DNA of 64,000 nt from an uncultured Hyphomicrobiales bacterium (GTDB taxonomy: Bacteria > Bacteroidota > Ignavibacteria > Kapaibacteriales > UBA2268), in NCBI GenBank assembly GCA_964413155.1, contig CAYPRT010000008.1, positions 53 to 64,052 on the forward strand, in the 5' to 3' direction. Below are positions 46,948 to 58,107 of this stretch, one piece after another. The notes beneath the pieces are model-generated. The model saw nothing but the letters and a program-made list of their open reading frames with translations, searched no databases and had not been told where the DNA came from. The first letter of the stretch is position 1, and each line of letters starts with the position of its first letter. The translations under genes and the position numbers were made by a program.

Positions 46948-47836
46948 TTTAGCACTTTTGATAATTCCTTTTGTTTTGTTCAGTTCTTGTAGTAAGAAAG
47001 AACAGGAAGTTACCGAAAATCGCAAAATTCTTGTTTATTGCGATGAATCTATCTACAAATTAATGCTTCCCTGCGTTCAACACTACGACTCGACTGGAAG
47101 TGTTGTTAAAGTTGAATTACGAAAAACCACTGCTTGGGATGCAATGGCAAAACTTCTTGCACGCGAAACAGACGCAATTATTATTGCTCGGGATTATACT
47201 CGTTACGAGGATTCTTTAATGAAGGCTTTCAATGTTTTTCCACATCCCCGTTTGACACTTGCTCGCGATGCACTTGTTTTTTACGTTAGCAAGGATTCGC
47301 CTTTGGATACTATTACCGATGAACAAATTCGTAACTTTTTAACCGATAAAAATTTTTCTTTAAAGAAAATATATAAACAACTTTCGGATGAACCAATAAT
47401 TGTGGTAAATAGTCCTCTTTCTTCTGAACTTGTGAATTTGAATAAGTTAGTGTTAAGAGGTAAATCAATTAAGCGACCACTAAAAATATACCAATCGCAC
47501 GATAGCATTAAACTTTTTGTTAAAACCAATCCTTTAGCTATTGGAATAGGCTACCTTTCGCATTTGTATGCCGAACCCGACTTGCGACCCTTACCAGTCA
47601 GCTTTTATGATTCGACAGGGAAGTACATTTTTCCACATAATGTGAACCAACCGAATATATTAAGAAAGTTTTACCCTTACATTGTTGAACATTACATATA
47701 TATTTTGGATAAGCTAAATGATAATTCAATGACATTTGCAAGATATTTGTTTAATCCAGGATTTCCGCAAAGGTTTTTCTTCGATAAAGGAATTGTTCCT
47801 GCAAATGCAGAATTTAGGTTAATTGAGGAGGAATGA
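46916..47836 (+). CDS. lipoprotein with a PstS-like/PBP-type (phosphate-binding-protein-like) substrate-binding domain
   Basis: Lipobox LFSSC (likely start MKMKIKR at 46922); DAIIIARDYTR...LARDALVFYVSKDSPLDTITDEQIRNFL resembles the PBP_like_2 pattern. Confidence 0.45.
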   Translation: MRMKMKIKRISLALLIIPFVLFSSCSKKEQEVTENRKILVYCDESIYKLMLPCVQHYDSTGSVVKVELRKTTAWDAMAKLLARETDAIIIARDYTRYEDSLMKAFNVFPHPRLTLARDALVFYVSKDSPLDTITDEQIRNFLTDKNFSLKKIYKQLSDEPIIVVNSPLSSELVNLNKLVLRGKSIKRPLKIYQSHDSIKLFVKTNPLAIGIGYLSHLYAEPDLRPLPVSFYDSTGKYIFPHNVNQPNILRKFYPYIVEHYIYILDKLNDNSMTFARYLFNPGFPQRFFFDKGIVPANAEFRLIEEE

Positions 47837-49542
47837 TGAAAAAAACTGCAATTTTATTTTTGGGAATATTTGCAACTATTAGTTTGTTTGCCCAAGATAA
47901 TCTTACACTTTTTCGGCAGTATTATTTCAATAAGTCGTATCAAGAAGCATACGAACTTTTGCCGAGTCTTGTAAATACGAAATACAAGGACGAAATGCTC
48001 TATATTGCCTTTGGCGATGTCTATTTTGAGATGGAAAAATATGACTCCGCCAAGATTATGTATGAAAATGCTTATAACATTAATGATGATAAAGAAGAGA
48101 TTGTAATAAAACTTGCCCGAGCAAATTCATATTTAAAAAATACCAGCCGAGCGGTTAAACTGCTCAGAGATTATTTGAAGAAGAAAGTCGACTCTTGGGC
48201 AATTAACCTTGAACTTGGCTATGTTTATCTTCGGGCAGATTCTATTAAGCAAGCAGAGTATTTTATCGCAAAAGCTCGGGATATGAATAAGAAAAATGCT
48301 GAACCACTTGTTGCATTAGGCGATTTATATTTTAAGCAAAAAGTTTATGAACTTGCACGAATGAATTATGAGGAGGCGCTTGAAATCAACCCAGATTTAA
48401 CGGAAGCACGCGTTAAACTAGCTACTGCATACTATTGGCTTGCAAATCGGGAAGCAGACGAAAATCTTTCTAATGAGCTATTTACACGCTCATTGAAAGA
48501 ATGGCAAATTGTTTCGCAAAAGGACCCAAAAAATGCAAGCGCCTGGTATGAGCAAGGTAAAATTCTATTTCTTGCCCAAAGATATGAAAACGCTGCCCGT
48601 GCTTTCTTTCAATTTATTCAATTACGACCCAAAAACGTTTTGGCTCGGTGGTATTTAGCTCAATCTCTGGTTGAAATTGGCAAGTGTGATTCTGCGGTTT
48701 CGCATTTGGAAATTGTTGCAAGTGAACTTGATTCTGTTAGAGCAAAAGCTGAATTGAAGTTAGCTCGTTGTTACTACGATAATAAAAATTTCGAAAAATC
48801 ACTCCACGTTTATCAAAAAATTAGGAACGAAGGTTTAGTTCTTGAAACCCGCGATTATGAAAGAATTGCAAGTTGTTATTTGAATTTGGGCGATACTGCT
48901 TCCGCTTTTGTAGTTTACGATGAACTACTAAATAAAAGTCCAAATCTTTGTGGGCTTTCATATAGAGTTGGTTTGCTTGCATATGTGGCGAAATATTATG
49001 AACAATCGATAAAATTTTTCTCAATGTTTACTCGAAAATGTAATGATTCACTTGTAACAAAAGCCAATTTTTATATTGGAAGTTCTTATTTAAACCTGAA
49101 TCAACCTGATTCTGCAATAAATTATTTTACTTTATCAATTCAAATGGATAGTTTAAATGCCCTGATATATATTTACCGTGGGGATGCTTATTCCAATGCT
49201 AAGATGAAGAATCAAGCTAAGGAAGATTTCCAGAAAGCAATCAGATTAATTAATGAATTTCCAACTGAAGCAAACAAAAAGTATCTTTCTACTGCATATG
49301 GGAAATTAGCTAGCCTAATTTTTGAGCAAAAAGATTCTAAAGAATTGCTTAAAATTTCTAAACTTTGGTTGGAAGTTGACCCCAATTCCGAAAGTCCTTG
49401 GATATATATGGCAATAGCATATCAAATGCAAAAAGATTTACCGAATGCATGCAAATTCTGGAAAAAAGTTTTGCAAATCAACCCGAAAAATAAAATTGCC
49501 AATGAATATTACAATCAATTGAAATGCGATGGCCAACAATAG
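47833..49542 (+). CDS. tetratricopeptide-repeat protein (secreted/periplasmic)
   Basis: Signal peptide; multiple TPR-like helical repeats. Confidence 0.75.
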   Translation: MMKKTAILFLGIFATISLFAQDNLTLFRQYYFNKSYQEAYELLPSLVNTKYKDEMLYIAFGDVYFEMEKYDSAKIMYENAYNINDDKEEIVIKLARANSYLKNTSRAVKLLRDYLKKKVDSWAINLELGYVYLRADSIKQAEYFIAKARDMNKKNAEPLVALGDLYFKQKVYELARMNYEEALEINPDLTEARVKLATAYYWLANREADENLSNELFTRSLKEWQIVSQKDPKNASAWYEQGKILFLAQRYENAARAFFQFIQLRPKNVLARWYLAQSLVEIGKCDSAVSHLEIVASELDSVRAKAELKLARCYYDNKNFEKSLHVYQKIRNEGLVLETRDYERIASCYLNLGDTASAFVVYDELLNKSPNLCGLSYRVGLLAYVAKYYEQSIKFFSMFTRKCNDSLVTKANFYIGSSYLNLNQPDSAINYFTLSIQMDSLNALIYIYRGDAYSNAKMKNQAKEDFQKAIRLINEFPTEANKKYLSTAYGKLASLIFEQKDSKELLKISKLWLEVDPNSESPWIYMAIAYQMQKDLPNACKFWKKVLQINPKNKIANEYYNQLKCDGQQ

Positions 49543-49569
49543 TGATAATTTTGCTTTAACTTTTGTATT

Positions 49570-51063
49570 CTAATTTTGGATTCGAAAAATTGTTGCTACT
49601 TGATTCTTGTTGTAACGTGGGTTGAGTTTGTAAAGAATATAATCAGCAAGCGAAGGATTTATTTGTGTTTCAAAGATTAACTTCTTGTTTAGAACCTCTT
49701 CGGTCATTTGTTTCAGGCTATCAATTTCCTCTCCATAAATAATTACATAATTTGCTTGTCTTGTGTTGGCAATGAAGCTTACCAAACTATCTCTATTTGC
49801 TATTTCGTATATTGGGGTTCCAAATTTATTCAGATAGAATTCTGGTGGTTTGAAAGTTCCAAGTTTTCCAGTAACTTGTAGAATTCCTTTTACATCTGGT
49901 TTTTTTGACAAATAATAAAGCGGCTCGCACCTTGTTTTCTTTCCATAATTCAATGAAAAAATAATCAACAACGGAATGTTTATTGTCCAAAAAATTATCC
50001 AGATTGAACGATAAAGAATTTCCTTAGATTTATTAAATGCTTTTCTTCTTCGCATTGCAATGATTGGGGCAATTCCAAAAGCAAAAACAAAAGGAACTAT
50101 TGGCAAAATGAATCTTTCTTGCTTATTTGGAAATATTGAATGAAATATAAAAAAAACTAAAATAGGAAGTAGAATTATTAACTTGTTTTTAAAATCTTTA
50201 AAGAAGTTGATTAATATTAGGACACTCAAGGGTGGGATAAAAATGCCAAGCAAAAGTAAAAAGTAGCGGTAAAATGGCCCTGTAACATAATCGCCACTAT
50301 GTGAGAGGTTATATCGAGTATATTCAATAAATGATGCAAATGGATAATCCCAAGCAAATATATCAACCGAGCCTTGAACCAAAAGAATAAAAAGTAAAAA
50401 AGATAAAGCAAAAACAAACGTATCTTTGTATTTCTTCTGCCAAAATAGTATTAATATTACTGCCCCACTAATAAATAAAGTTTGGTAACGGAATGCAAAG
50501 GCAAATGCAAAAGCCAAACCAGACAGGATTAAATCTTTTTTGCTCCGATTTTCCTTTATTAAGAAATAAAAACCTATCGTAAAAGGGGGTACACAAACCA
50601 TCTCAATTAAGTTCCGCACCGAAAGGAAGGGAATAAACCACAAGAAAGGCAAAAGTAAGGCGGAAAGAAAAGCAGTGCGGTTTTCGTAGTAGTTAGCCAA
50701 GATTTTATAAATAAAGATAATCGTTAATGTTCCGAACAAAGAGTGAAGGAATCTTACAATTTGCATTAAATCTTGTGGGTCGTTGATACCAAATTTGTAA
50801 AGAAGTTTGAAGAGGAAGTAATGAAGCAGTGGGTAAAAAAGACTGTGTGCGTGGGGAGTGGTGCGTTCCGCCCAAATTTGGGGATTATTGATTATTGCCC
50901 AAGGTTGTTCTATAGGTCCGAAATGGTCATCGTGCATTCCATAGCCTTTGGCAAAGAAGACAGCTGGAAGATTTATCAGTGAAGTTATCAAAAAAAGAGA
51001 AAGGTATGGCTTTTTAATCAATTTATTAATTATCTTATCTAAGAAGTTATTCATCTGAATCAT
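49570..51063 (-). CDS. GT-C-fold membrane glycosyltransferase (mannosyltransferase-like; HDDHF motif in the first loop)
   Basis: Polytopic N-terminal two thirds plus a soluble C-terminal domain; the N-terminal loop GYGMHDDHF resembles the GT22/GT39 acidic motif; the track start at 51162 was trimmed to an internal Met so the overlap with ruvB is short. Confidence 0.6.
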   Translation of the reverse strand: MIQMNNFLDKIINKLIKKPYLSLFLITSLINLPAVFFAKGYGMHDDHFGPIEQPWAIINNPQIWAERTTPHAHSLFYPLLHYFLFKLLYKFGINDPQDLMQIVRFLHSLFGTLTIIFIYKILANYYENRTAFLSALLLPFLWFIPFLSVRNLIEMVCVPPFTIGFYFLIKENRSKKDLILSGLAFAFAFAFRYQTLFISGAVILILFWQKKYKDTFVFALSFLLFILLVQGSVDIFAWDYPFASFIEYTRYNLSHSGDYVTGPFYRYFLLLLGIFIPPLSVLILINFFKDFKNKLIILLPILVFFIFHSIFPNKQERFILPIVPFVFAFGIAPIIAMRRRKAFNKSKEILYRSIWIIFWTINIPLLIIFSLNYGKKTRCEPLYYLSKKPDVKGILQVTGKLGTFKPPEFYLNKFGTPIYEIANRDSLVSFIANTRQANYVIIYGEEIDSLKQMTEEVLNKKLIFETQINPSLADYILYKLNPRYNKNQVATIFRIQN

Positions 51064-52093
51064 TGAATAATTCAAGTTTATCGTTTGGTTTTTGAATTTT
51101 GAAATATTTGTAACAAAGGTTTGTGGCAATTCTTCCGCGAGGAGTTCTTTGGATAAACCCATTTTGAATTAGAAAAGGTTCATAAACTTCTTCGATAGTC
51201 CCGGGTTCTTCGCCAACAGAAATTGCAATGGTATTAATTCCAACTGGGCCTCCGTTGAACTTTTCAATTATGGTGAGCAAAATTCGTTTATCCATTTCAT
51301 CTAAGCCAAATTCATCGACTTCCAAAGCTTCGAGCGAGCGAAGTACTATCGGTAAGGTGATCTTCCCGTCGCCAAGGACTTGTGCGAAGTCGCGGGTTCT
51401 TTTTAAAAGGCGGTTGGCAATTCTTGGTGTACCTCTCGAGCGGCGAGCAATTTCCATTGCTGCGGGTTCGTCGATTTCAACTCTCAAAATCCTTGATGAA
51501 CGAAGAACGATTTCTTTTAGATCCTCTGGTGGGTAGTAATCCAAGCGATTAAGGATACCAAATCGTGAACGTAAGGGTGCAGTAAGCAACCCTGCTCGTG
51601 TTGTTGCCCCAATTAATGTGAATTGTGGAAGAGAAATTTGGATTGTTCTTGCTGCAGGTCCGGAATCAATCACAATATCGAGGCGAAATTCTTCCATAGC
51701 AGAATAAAGATACTCTTCGACGACGGGCGAGAGTCGATGTATTTCATCGATAAACAATATTTCCCCATCCTGCAGATTTGTTAAAATACCTGCTAAATCA
51801 CCAGGTTTTTCTATCACTGGACCCGAAGTAATACGGATTTTCGTTTCCATTTCATTGGCTATAATCGTTGAAAGAGTTGTTTTCCCTAACCCCGGTGGAC
51901 CAGTAAAAAGTATATGGTCAAGTGGTTCTTTCCTTTCTTTTGCTGCTTGAATAAATATTTTAAGGTTTTCGACAATTTTGCGTTGCCCAGTAAATTCATC
52001 AAAATTTTTTGGTCGAAGTGTTGTATCGAGCTCATAGTCTTTTTGGTTTGCTGAAAGAATCCTGTCTTCTCTCATTTCTTTTTCTTCCTTCAA
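51047..52093 (-). CDS. ruvB: Holliday junction branch migration ATPase RuvB
   Basis: Walker [11 protein letters not shown]; AAA+ domain; C-terminal winged helix. Confidence 0.92.
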   Translation of the reverse strand: MKEEKEMREDRILSANQKDYELDTTLRPKNFDEFTGQRKIVENLKIFIQAAKERKEPLDHILFTGPPGLGKTTLSTIIANEMETKIRITSGPVIEKPGDLAGILTNLQDGEILFIDEIHRLSPVVEEYLYSAMEEFRLDIVIDSGPAARTIQISLPQFTLIGATTRAGLLTAPLRSRFGILNRLDYYPPEDLKEIVLRSSRILRVEIDEPAAMEIARRSRGTPRIANRLLKRTRDFAQVLGDGKITLPIVLRSLEALEVDEFGLDEMDKRILLTIIEKFNGGPVGINTIAISVGEEPGTIEEVYEPFLIQNGFIQRTPRGRIATNLCYKYFKIQKPNDKLELFNDSDE

Positions 52094-53094
52094 TTTTGAT
52101 TATCCTTTTTTTGTTTCCATTTTTTAACAGGACAATTATTAGTTCCGTCGTGAATGCAATCTCTTTTGCAAGGAACTGCATAAATTCTTGGTAAAGATGT
52201 AGGGTACATTTCTTTTATTTTTGAAATGATTTGCTTTTCAACTTCTACAGTTTCTTCCAGAGTCAAATCGTAAGGTAAAACAAGGTCAATTTCGACGAAA
52301 ATATCTTTGCCAGATTGACGAGCATAAACATTTCGGAATTCACAAAGGAAGCGAAAATTTTCGGCTATTACCGAAAGAATATCGTAGTGGAATTGCTCGG
52401 GAAGTGTCCTATCCAGAAGTTGGTCAATTGACTTTTTGCCAAACTTGATTGGGATTCTCATTGCAAAAGCAACAAATACAAGAGCGGAGATTGAATCGAT
52501 AATTCGTGCTTCTTTGGGCATCTTGAAGTAGTCGAGCATTAAGCACAATATTAAACTTGAAATTACACCAAGTTCGACGAAGAAGTCATATTTCCACAAT
52601 TCCGAGTCATATCTCAATATTGGTAATTGAAATCTTTTGTAGTAATTCCTTAAAATGCGATGCAATTGCCACATAAAAGTTGCAGATATGCCTGAAAATA
52701 AAATTAAATAATGGTAATTCCCAATTGGCGCTAAATTTCCGAAGGAGCTAATTGCCTCGTATATTGTATAAAGTGTAATAATTGTTATCAGTGAGGAACT
52801 AACAAAGATAGCGAAACTTTCATATTTGCCATAACCATAGTTGAAAAAAGAGTCTGGTTGGCGCTCACTGTGGGAAACAGCAATAAGGAGAACAGCGGAA
52901 TTGAGAATGTCTGTCAATGCAATTAAACCGTTAGTTTTGTAAAACAAAGAATTTTCGAGCCAACCAAGTAGAATTGTAATTCCTGCTATTAATACTGAAG
53001 AAAGAAAAGATAGCCGAGCTGCAAAAAGTGGGGTATTTCGGTCGAAGACCGAATGGCGAAGCTGTCGGGGCAATTCGACAATCTTTTCTGGCAT
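52090..53094 (-). CDS. cation diffusion facilitator (CDF) family transporter
   Basis: HSERQPD...YGYGKYE matches the CDF signature; 6 TM helices plus a cytoplasmic domain with a Cys/His-rich tail. Confidence 0.8.
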   Translation of the reverse strand: MPEKIVELPRQLRHSVFDRNTPLFAARLSFLSSVLIAGITILLGWLENSLFYKTNGLIALTDILNSAVLLIAVSHSERQPDSFFNYGYGKYESFAIFVSSSLITIITLYTIYEAISSFGNLAPIGNYHYLILFSGISATFMWQLHRILRNYYKRFQLPILRYDSELWKYDFFVELGVISSLILCLMLDYFKMPKEARIIDSISALVFVAFAMRIPIKFGKKSIDQLLDRTLPEQFHYDILSVIAENFRFLCEFRNVYARQSGKDIFVEIDLVLPYDLTLEETVEVEKQIISKIKEMYPTSLPRIYAVPCKRDCIHDGTNNCPVKKWKQKKDNQN

Positions 53095-53236
53095 ATTTAA
53101 TTAGAAAAAGTGCAAATTAATAAGATTTTATTTGACTGGAAACCATTGGTACTGTTTTCCAATTTATGATCCACAATAAATAATTTCAACCGAGGGAAGG
53201 TATGAAATGTGATTCCTGTAGCCTTTAAAAAAAACA

Positions 53237-53263
53237 ATTTTTGTAAGTTTGTAACTTTATTTT
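53237..53263 (+). promoter_or_regulatory. putative promoter for valS: TTTTGTAAGTTTGTAACTTTATTTTAA (TAAGTTTG matches the TAnnTTTG -7 consensus of the FCB group); near-identical motif upstream of rpmI
   Basis: Motif shared with 62465-62493, seen directly; 26 nt upstream of the ATG. Confidence 0.4.
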
Positions 53264-53276
53264 AATATGAAACAAA

Positions 53277-55997
53277 ATGTTGGAGAAATATCCAAAGTCT
53301 TATAGTCCAAGAGAAGCGGAGCGAAAATGGTATGAAATTTGGCAGAAAAGTCGTATATACGAAGCTTCTGTTCAATCAGCAAAGCCCGGATACAGTATTT
53401 TAATGCCCCCGCCCAATATTACTGGAATCCTTCATTTTGGCCATGTTTTGAATATTACTATACAAGATGTTTATATTCGCTGGAAAAGAATGCTTGGTTT
53501 CGAAGTTTGCTGGTTTCCTGGAACAGACCACGCTGGAATTGCAACTCAAACTCGTGTAGAAAAAGAACTTGCCAAAGAAGGTTTAACAAGATATGACCTT
53601 GGTAGGGAAAAATTTCTTGAAAGAGTTTGGCAATGGAAAGAAGAATATGGAAACATAATATTAAGACAACTTCGTGAATTAGGGATTTCTTGCGATTGGA
53701 GCCGTACTTTGTTCACAATGGACGAATCCGCTTCGAATGCAGTTCGGGAAGTTTTTATTCGACTTTTCGATGAAGGATTAATTTATCGTGGTAAAAGAAT
53801 TATTAATTGGTCTCCACTTTCTCAAACTGCTCTTTCGGACGAAGAGGTTGAATTCCGAGAAGTCAAAGAACATCTTTATACATTAAAATATTATTTCGAA
53901 AATTCAAGCGAATATCTTCTTGTTGCCACAGTTCGACCAGAAACTATATTTGGCGATGTTGCTGTAGCAGTTAATCCAAACGATGAAAGATATAAGAAGT
54001 TCATTGGTAAAAATGTGCTCGTACCACTTGCAAATCGGCTGGTCCCAGTTATAGCAGATGAATACGCTGACCCACATTTTGGAACGGGTTGTGTTAAAAT
54101 TACACCTGCCCACGATCCAAACGATTTCGAAGTGGGTATGCGACATAATCTTCCTATTATAAATTCAATCAACCCGGATGGAACTCTGAATGAGTATGCA
54201 TTAGAATTCAATGGATTGGAAAGATTCGAGGCAAGAAAACGAATCGTAGAAAAATTAAAAGGAAAAAATTTAATAGAAAAAATCGAAGATTATGTACATA
54301 ATGTTGGCTTTTCGCAGCGAGGGGGCGAACCAATTGAGCCCTATCTTTCCGATCAATGGTTTGTAAGAATGAAACCATTGGCTGAAATCGCTTTGAAACC
54401 TGTCTTGGATGGGCGAATTCGATTTTTCCCTAAACATTGGGAAAAAACTTACCAACATTGGTTGGAAAATATCCGTGATTGGTGCATTTCTCGTCAATTG
54501 TGGTGGGGTCATAGAATTCCAGTGTATTACACTCCCGATGGAAGATATACCGCTGCTCGAAATGTGGATGAAGCGCACAAAAAGTTAAGCATAAGTGAAG
54601 ATGTTGAACTGACCCAAGACCCAGATGTTTTAGACACTTGGTTTTCCTCTTGGCTCTGGCCTTTGACAACAATGCGATGGCTTGCCGATGGAGTTACTGA
54701 AGATACACCAGATTTAAGGAAATTCTTCCCTACGGATTTGCTTGTAACCGCTCCCGATATCATCTTCTTCTGGGTTGCAAGAATGATTATGGCTACAATG
54801 AAATTCAAGAATGAAATACCTTTTCGAGATGTTTTCTTTACAAGCACAATAAGAGATGGGCTTGGGCGAAAATTAAGTAAATCGCTTGGAAATTCCCCCG
54901 ACCCACTTATGATAATCGAAAAGTATGGTGCGGACGCAACTCGTTTTACGATGACATATCTTTCCCCTCTTGGACAGGATTTAAAGATGGATATAGATGT
55001 TAAAACGCAAGATATACCTTCGATGGAAATTGGGCGGAACTTTGCAAACAAAATTTGGAATGCCGGACGATTCCTTCTTATGAAACGAGATATGGTCTTC
55101 TTGCCCGATTGCTGTCCACAAAATCATGAAAGGAAGCTTTCAATCGAGGAACTTTCCTTTGCAGATAGATGGATTCTTTCCCGCCTCCATTCTACTATTT
55201 TTAAAGTTTATCGAAATTTGGAAAACTATCGAATAAATGAATATTCGAAAACTTTATATGATTTTGTCTGGCGAGATTTTTGCGATTGGTACATTGAAAT
55301 ATTTAAAGTTCAATTAAACGAAAATAATGAACTTTCTTTCAATCAGGCTTTGATGCGTTTTGCATTAGATATATTTGAAGATATTCTTAAGCTAATACAT
55401 CCAATTATGCCCTTTATTTCTGAAGAGCTCTGGCATCTTATTCGGAACGAAAAAGAAAACAAAAGTATTGGTTTAGAAAAATATCCTGAACCGAAAGAAG
55501 ATTTAATCGATGAGGATTTGGAAGCAAATTTCGAAGTTATTCAAATGGTTGTCGAAGAAATTCGAAGAATGCGAGTTGATTTGGGGCTTGAACCAAACAA
55601 AAAAAATGATGTGATTTTATCTACAAATAGAAAAGACTTGATTGATGTATTACAAAGAATAAAAGCTCCAGTTTCTTCTCTTGTTCGGGCAAATAGTCTC
55701 GTGGTTTCGGTTGAAAATCCAGCAAATGAAAAGGCGTTAACAAGCATAGTGCGAGAAGTCGAAATTCATATTCCTTTAACTGGTGAAATTGATATAAACA
55801 GGGAATTAGAGAGGCTTCAAAAAGAAATCGAACGCTTAAATAAAAATATTTCATCTATTGAAAGCAAGCTAAATAACCAAGCTTTTCTTTCGAAAGCAAA
55901 TCCAGATGTTGTTGAAAGGGAAAAAGTCAAACTTGAAAGTATGAAAGAAACACTTGCAAAATTGGAAAGCCTTTATACAAAATTGTCAAAGATATGA
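53277..55997 (+). CDS. valS: valyl-tRNA synthetase
   Basis: HIGH-region PPPNITGILHFGH, KMSKS-region KLSKSLGN, C-terminal coiled coil; 906 aa. Confidence 0.93.
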   Translation: MLEKYPKSYSPREAERKWYEIWQKSRIYEASVQSAKPGYSILMPPPNITGILHFGHVLNITIQDVYIRWKRMLGFEVCWFPGTDHAGIATQTRVEKELAKEGLTRYDLGREKFLERVWQWKEEYGNIILRQLRELGISCDWSRTLFTMDESASNAVREVFIRLFDEGLIYRGKRIINWSPLSQTALSDEEVEFREVKEHLYTLKYYFENSSEYLLVATVRPETIFGDVAVAVNPNDERYKKFIGKNVLVPLANRLVPVIADEYADPHFGTGCVKITPAHDPNDFEVGMRHNLPIINSINPDGTLNEYALEFNGLERFEARKRIVEKLKGKNLIEKIEDYVHNVGFSQRGGEPIEPYLSDQWFVRMKPLAEIALKPVLDGRIRFFPKHWEKTYQHWLENIRDWCISRQLWWGHRIPVYYTPDGRYTAARNVDEAHKKLSISEDVELTQDPDVLDTWFSSWLWPLTTMRWLADGVTEDTPDLRKFFPTDLLVTAPDIIFFWVARMIMATMKFKNEIPFRDVFFTSTIRDGLGRKLSKSLGNSPDPLMIIEKYGADATRFTMTYLSPLGQDLKMDIDVKTQDIPSMEIGRNFANKIWNAGRFLLMKRDMVFLPDCCPQNHERKLSIEELSFADRWILSRLHSTIFKVYRNLENYRINEYSKTLYDFVWRDFCDWYIEIFKVQLNENNELSFNQALMRFALDIFEDILKLIHPIMPFISEELWHLIRNEKENKSIGLEKYPEPKEDLIDEDLEANFEVIQMVVEEIRRMRVDLGLEPNKKNDVILSTNRKDLIDVLQRIKAPVSSLVRANSLVVSVENPANEKALTSIVREVEIHIPLTGEIDINRELERLQKEIERLNKNISSIESKLNNQAFLSKANPDVVEREKVKLESMKETLAKLESLYTKLSKI

Positions 55998-56665
55998 ACA
56001 GAATATTAATTGAACCATCATTATTAAGTGCTAACTTTTCAAATCTGGAAAAGGAAATTAAGCTTTGCGAAGAAGGTGGTGCCGATTTGCTTCATCTTGA
56101 TATTATGGATGGATGTTTTGTTCCAAATATTACAATAGGACCTTTGGTGGTTAAATCAATAAAAGGAATTACCCGATTGCCTTTAGTATGCCATTTAATG
56201 ATTATTAAGCCAGAACAATATATTCAAGATTTTGTTAATGCTGGTGCAGATTACATTTCAGTTCACTGCGAAACTCAATTCCATATTGTAAGGACTTTGC
56301 AACAAATCAAAAGCTTTGGGATAAAGTGTGGCATTGCTTTGAATCCTGGTACTCCACTTGAATATGCATACGAAAATGCTGAATATTGCGATTTTATCCT
56401 TTTAATGTCTGTTAATCCTGGTTTTGGTGGGCAATCGTTCATCCCCTCTTTCCTTCGCCGCTGCGAAAAGCTTAAAAATTTTCTAATCAAGCAAGGATTG
56501 GATAATATTTTGATTGAAGTCGATGGCGGCATAAAAGTCGATAACGTCAAACAAGTTGTTGAAGTCGGAGCCAATATGATTGTTTCGGGTTCAGGGATTT
56601 TCGAGGGAGACGTTGTTAAAAATATTAAAGCTTTTAAAAAAAAGGTAAGCAATTTATCTGTTTAA
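55994..56665 (+). CDS. rpe: ribulose-phosphate 3-epimerase
   Basis: EPSLLSANFSNLEKEI...HLDIMDGCFVPNITIG canonical Rpe. Confidence 0.9.
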   Translation: MNRILIEPSLLSANFSNLEKEIKLCEEGGADLLHLDIMDGCFVPNITIGPLVVKSIKGITRLPLVCHLMIIKPEQYIQDFVNAGADYISVHCETQFHIVRTLQQIKSFGIKCGIALNPGTPLEYAYENAEYCDFILLMSVNPGFGGQSFIPSFLRRCEKLKNFLIKQGLDNILIEVDGGIKVDNVKQVVEVGANMIVSGSGIFEGDVVKNIKAFKKKVSNLSV

Positions 56666-57009
56666 TTGAATTACACTTAAGAATTCCCGATCTTTATTTT
56701 ACTTATTAGTCATTTTAATCCATTCAAATACTTAATTTATAACTCCTGGGTAAATTTCTTAAATCCAATAAACAAAATAAATGTTAAAATTATTACACTG
56801 TCAAAATTTTTGGACAAATTATTTTTTTACGAATGGTATGTTTTTCATTTTTTATCAACATTTAAAAATTAGCAAATTTTAATTCTTTAAAAATAAAAAA
56901 GATATATCGAATATCTAAAGTAGTTGATTCAAAAAATTAAATAAAAATTAAATTATTTTCATTAAAAAAAATTAATTGCATAATTCTCAAGCTTTTAGTT
57001 AATTGCGTT

Positions 57010-57897
57010 TTGTTTTTTATTTCAACAATAAAATGGGTTCTAATGGGGGTGGTTATCTTGGGGCTCTTAAAGAAGAATAAAGTTCGTTTGGATAGCAAAT
57101 ACATATTTTTAATAATATTCTTCTCAATTTTATCTATGGTGCTTGTTTATCCAACCGTATCTTTTTCCAAAAGTTCCAAAAGCGGGAAAATCACAACAAA
57201 ATATAAGAAAACCAAAAAGATCAGAAGAAGTTATAACCCCGAAAAAACAAAACAAGAAGCTTTACAGATTTTGAACTCATCTAATGCTAATTATCTTGTC
57301 CGCTTGGCAAATGGTGAAATCGACGAAAGTGATTTGATAATTGATTCTTTAATAATAGATCCTGGTGAAGACCCAATTGAATTAGAATTGGAAGATGATA
57401 AACCAATTGATTTGGACGTATTTCGGACTTTATATATTAGCTATCTTGAAGGTACTGATGTCGATGATATCGGTGGATACCTTCCTTCTGGGATTAGTAA
57501 GAGAAAAATTATGGAATCCATATTGAATTGGCTTGGTACTCCTTATTATTTCGGTGGAACAAGTGAACGTGGAATAGATTGTTCTGCTTTTACTCGCCAA
57601 ATTTTCTATTCTTCTGCTGGAGTTTTACTTCCTCGAACTGCACGCGAACAATGCCAAATTGGGGTTCCTGTTAAACGAGAGAAACTTGAATTTGGCGACC
57701 TTGTTTTCTTCCATACACGTAAGCACGCATATGTTTCCCACGTTGGTATCTATTTAGGCGACAACTTATTTGCCCATTCAAGCTCACGCTTCGGTGTAAC
57801 TGTGTCTTCACTTGACAGCAAATATTATAATTCAAGATATATTGGGGCACGAAGGCTTACTCCCCGCGACCTTGCTAATTATAACATAAACAAGTGA
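57010..57897 (+). CDS. NlpC/P60-family (C40) cell-wall peptidase, membrane-anchored
   Basis: Catalytic Cys (GIDCSAFTRQIF) and His (HVGIYLG) arrangement; N-terminal TM segment. Confidence 0.8.
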   Translation: MFFISTIKWVLMGVVILGLLKKNKVRLDSKYIFLIIFFSILSMVLVYPTVSFSKSSKSGKITTKYKKTKKIRRSYNPEKTKQEALQILNSSNANYLVRLANGEIDESDLIIDSLIIDPGEDPIELELEDDKPIDLDVFRTLYISYLEGTDVDDIGGYLPSGISKRKIMESILNWLGTPYYFGGTSERGIDCSAFTRQIFYSSAGVLLPRTAREQCQIGVPVKREKLEFGDLVFFHTRKHAYVSHVGIYLGDNLFAHSSSRFGVTVSSLDSKYYNSRYIGARRLTPRDLANYNINK

Positions 57898-57924
57898 AAT
57901 TTTGTAAATAAGATAATTCCTGAA

Positions 57925-58107
57925 TTAATTCCAAATAATGAAAAATAATTCCTCGTAAAATCTTCGAACTTTTAGTTTAGGAATAAAAGGTTTAGGTGGG
58001 AATTCGATTGATATTATTGGTGGCTTAGGTTTATATATTTCTTTACCTTCAACATTGAGAATTGAAAAAATTAAAGAAATCAAAATTGTCAATAATATCC
58101 TTTTCAT
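57925..58107 (-). CDS. small secreted/membrane protein (hypothetical), start overlapping the lolC/E stop (ATGA)
   Basis: 60 aa with an N-terminal hydrophobic segment; translational coupling only. Confidence 0.3.
   Translation of the reverse strand: MKRILLTILISLIFSILNVEGKEIYKPKPPIISIEFPPKPFIPKLKVRRFYEELFFIIWN

Noticed and set aside
56666-57009. tmRNA, RNase P RNA or SRP RNA in the long AT-rich spacer
   Set aside because: These RNAs are GC-rich and structured, whereas this region is about 20% GC with no conserved boxes (no tmRNA tag-reading frame, no GGAA/GNRA-rich helices).
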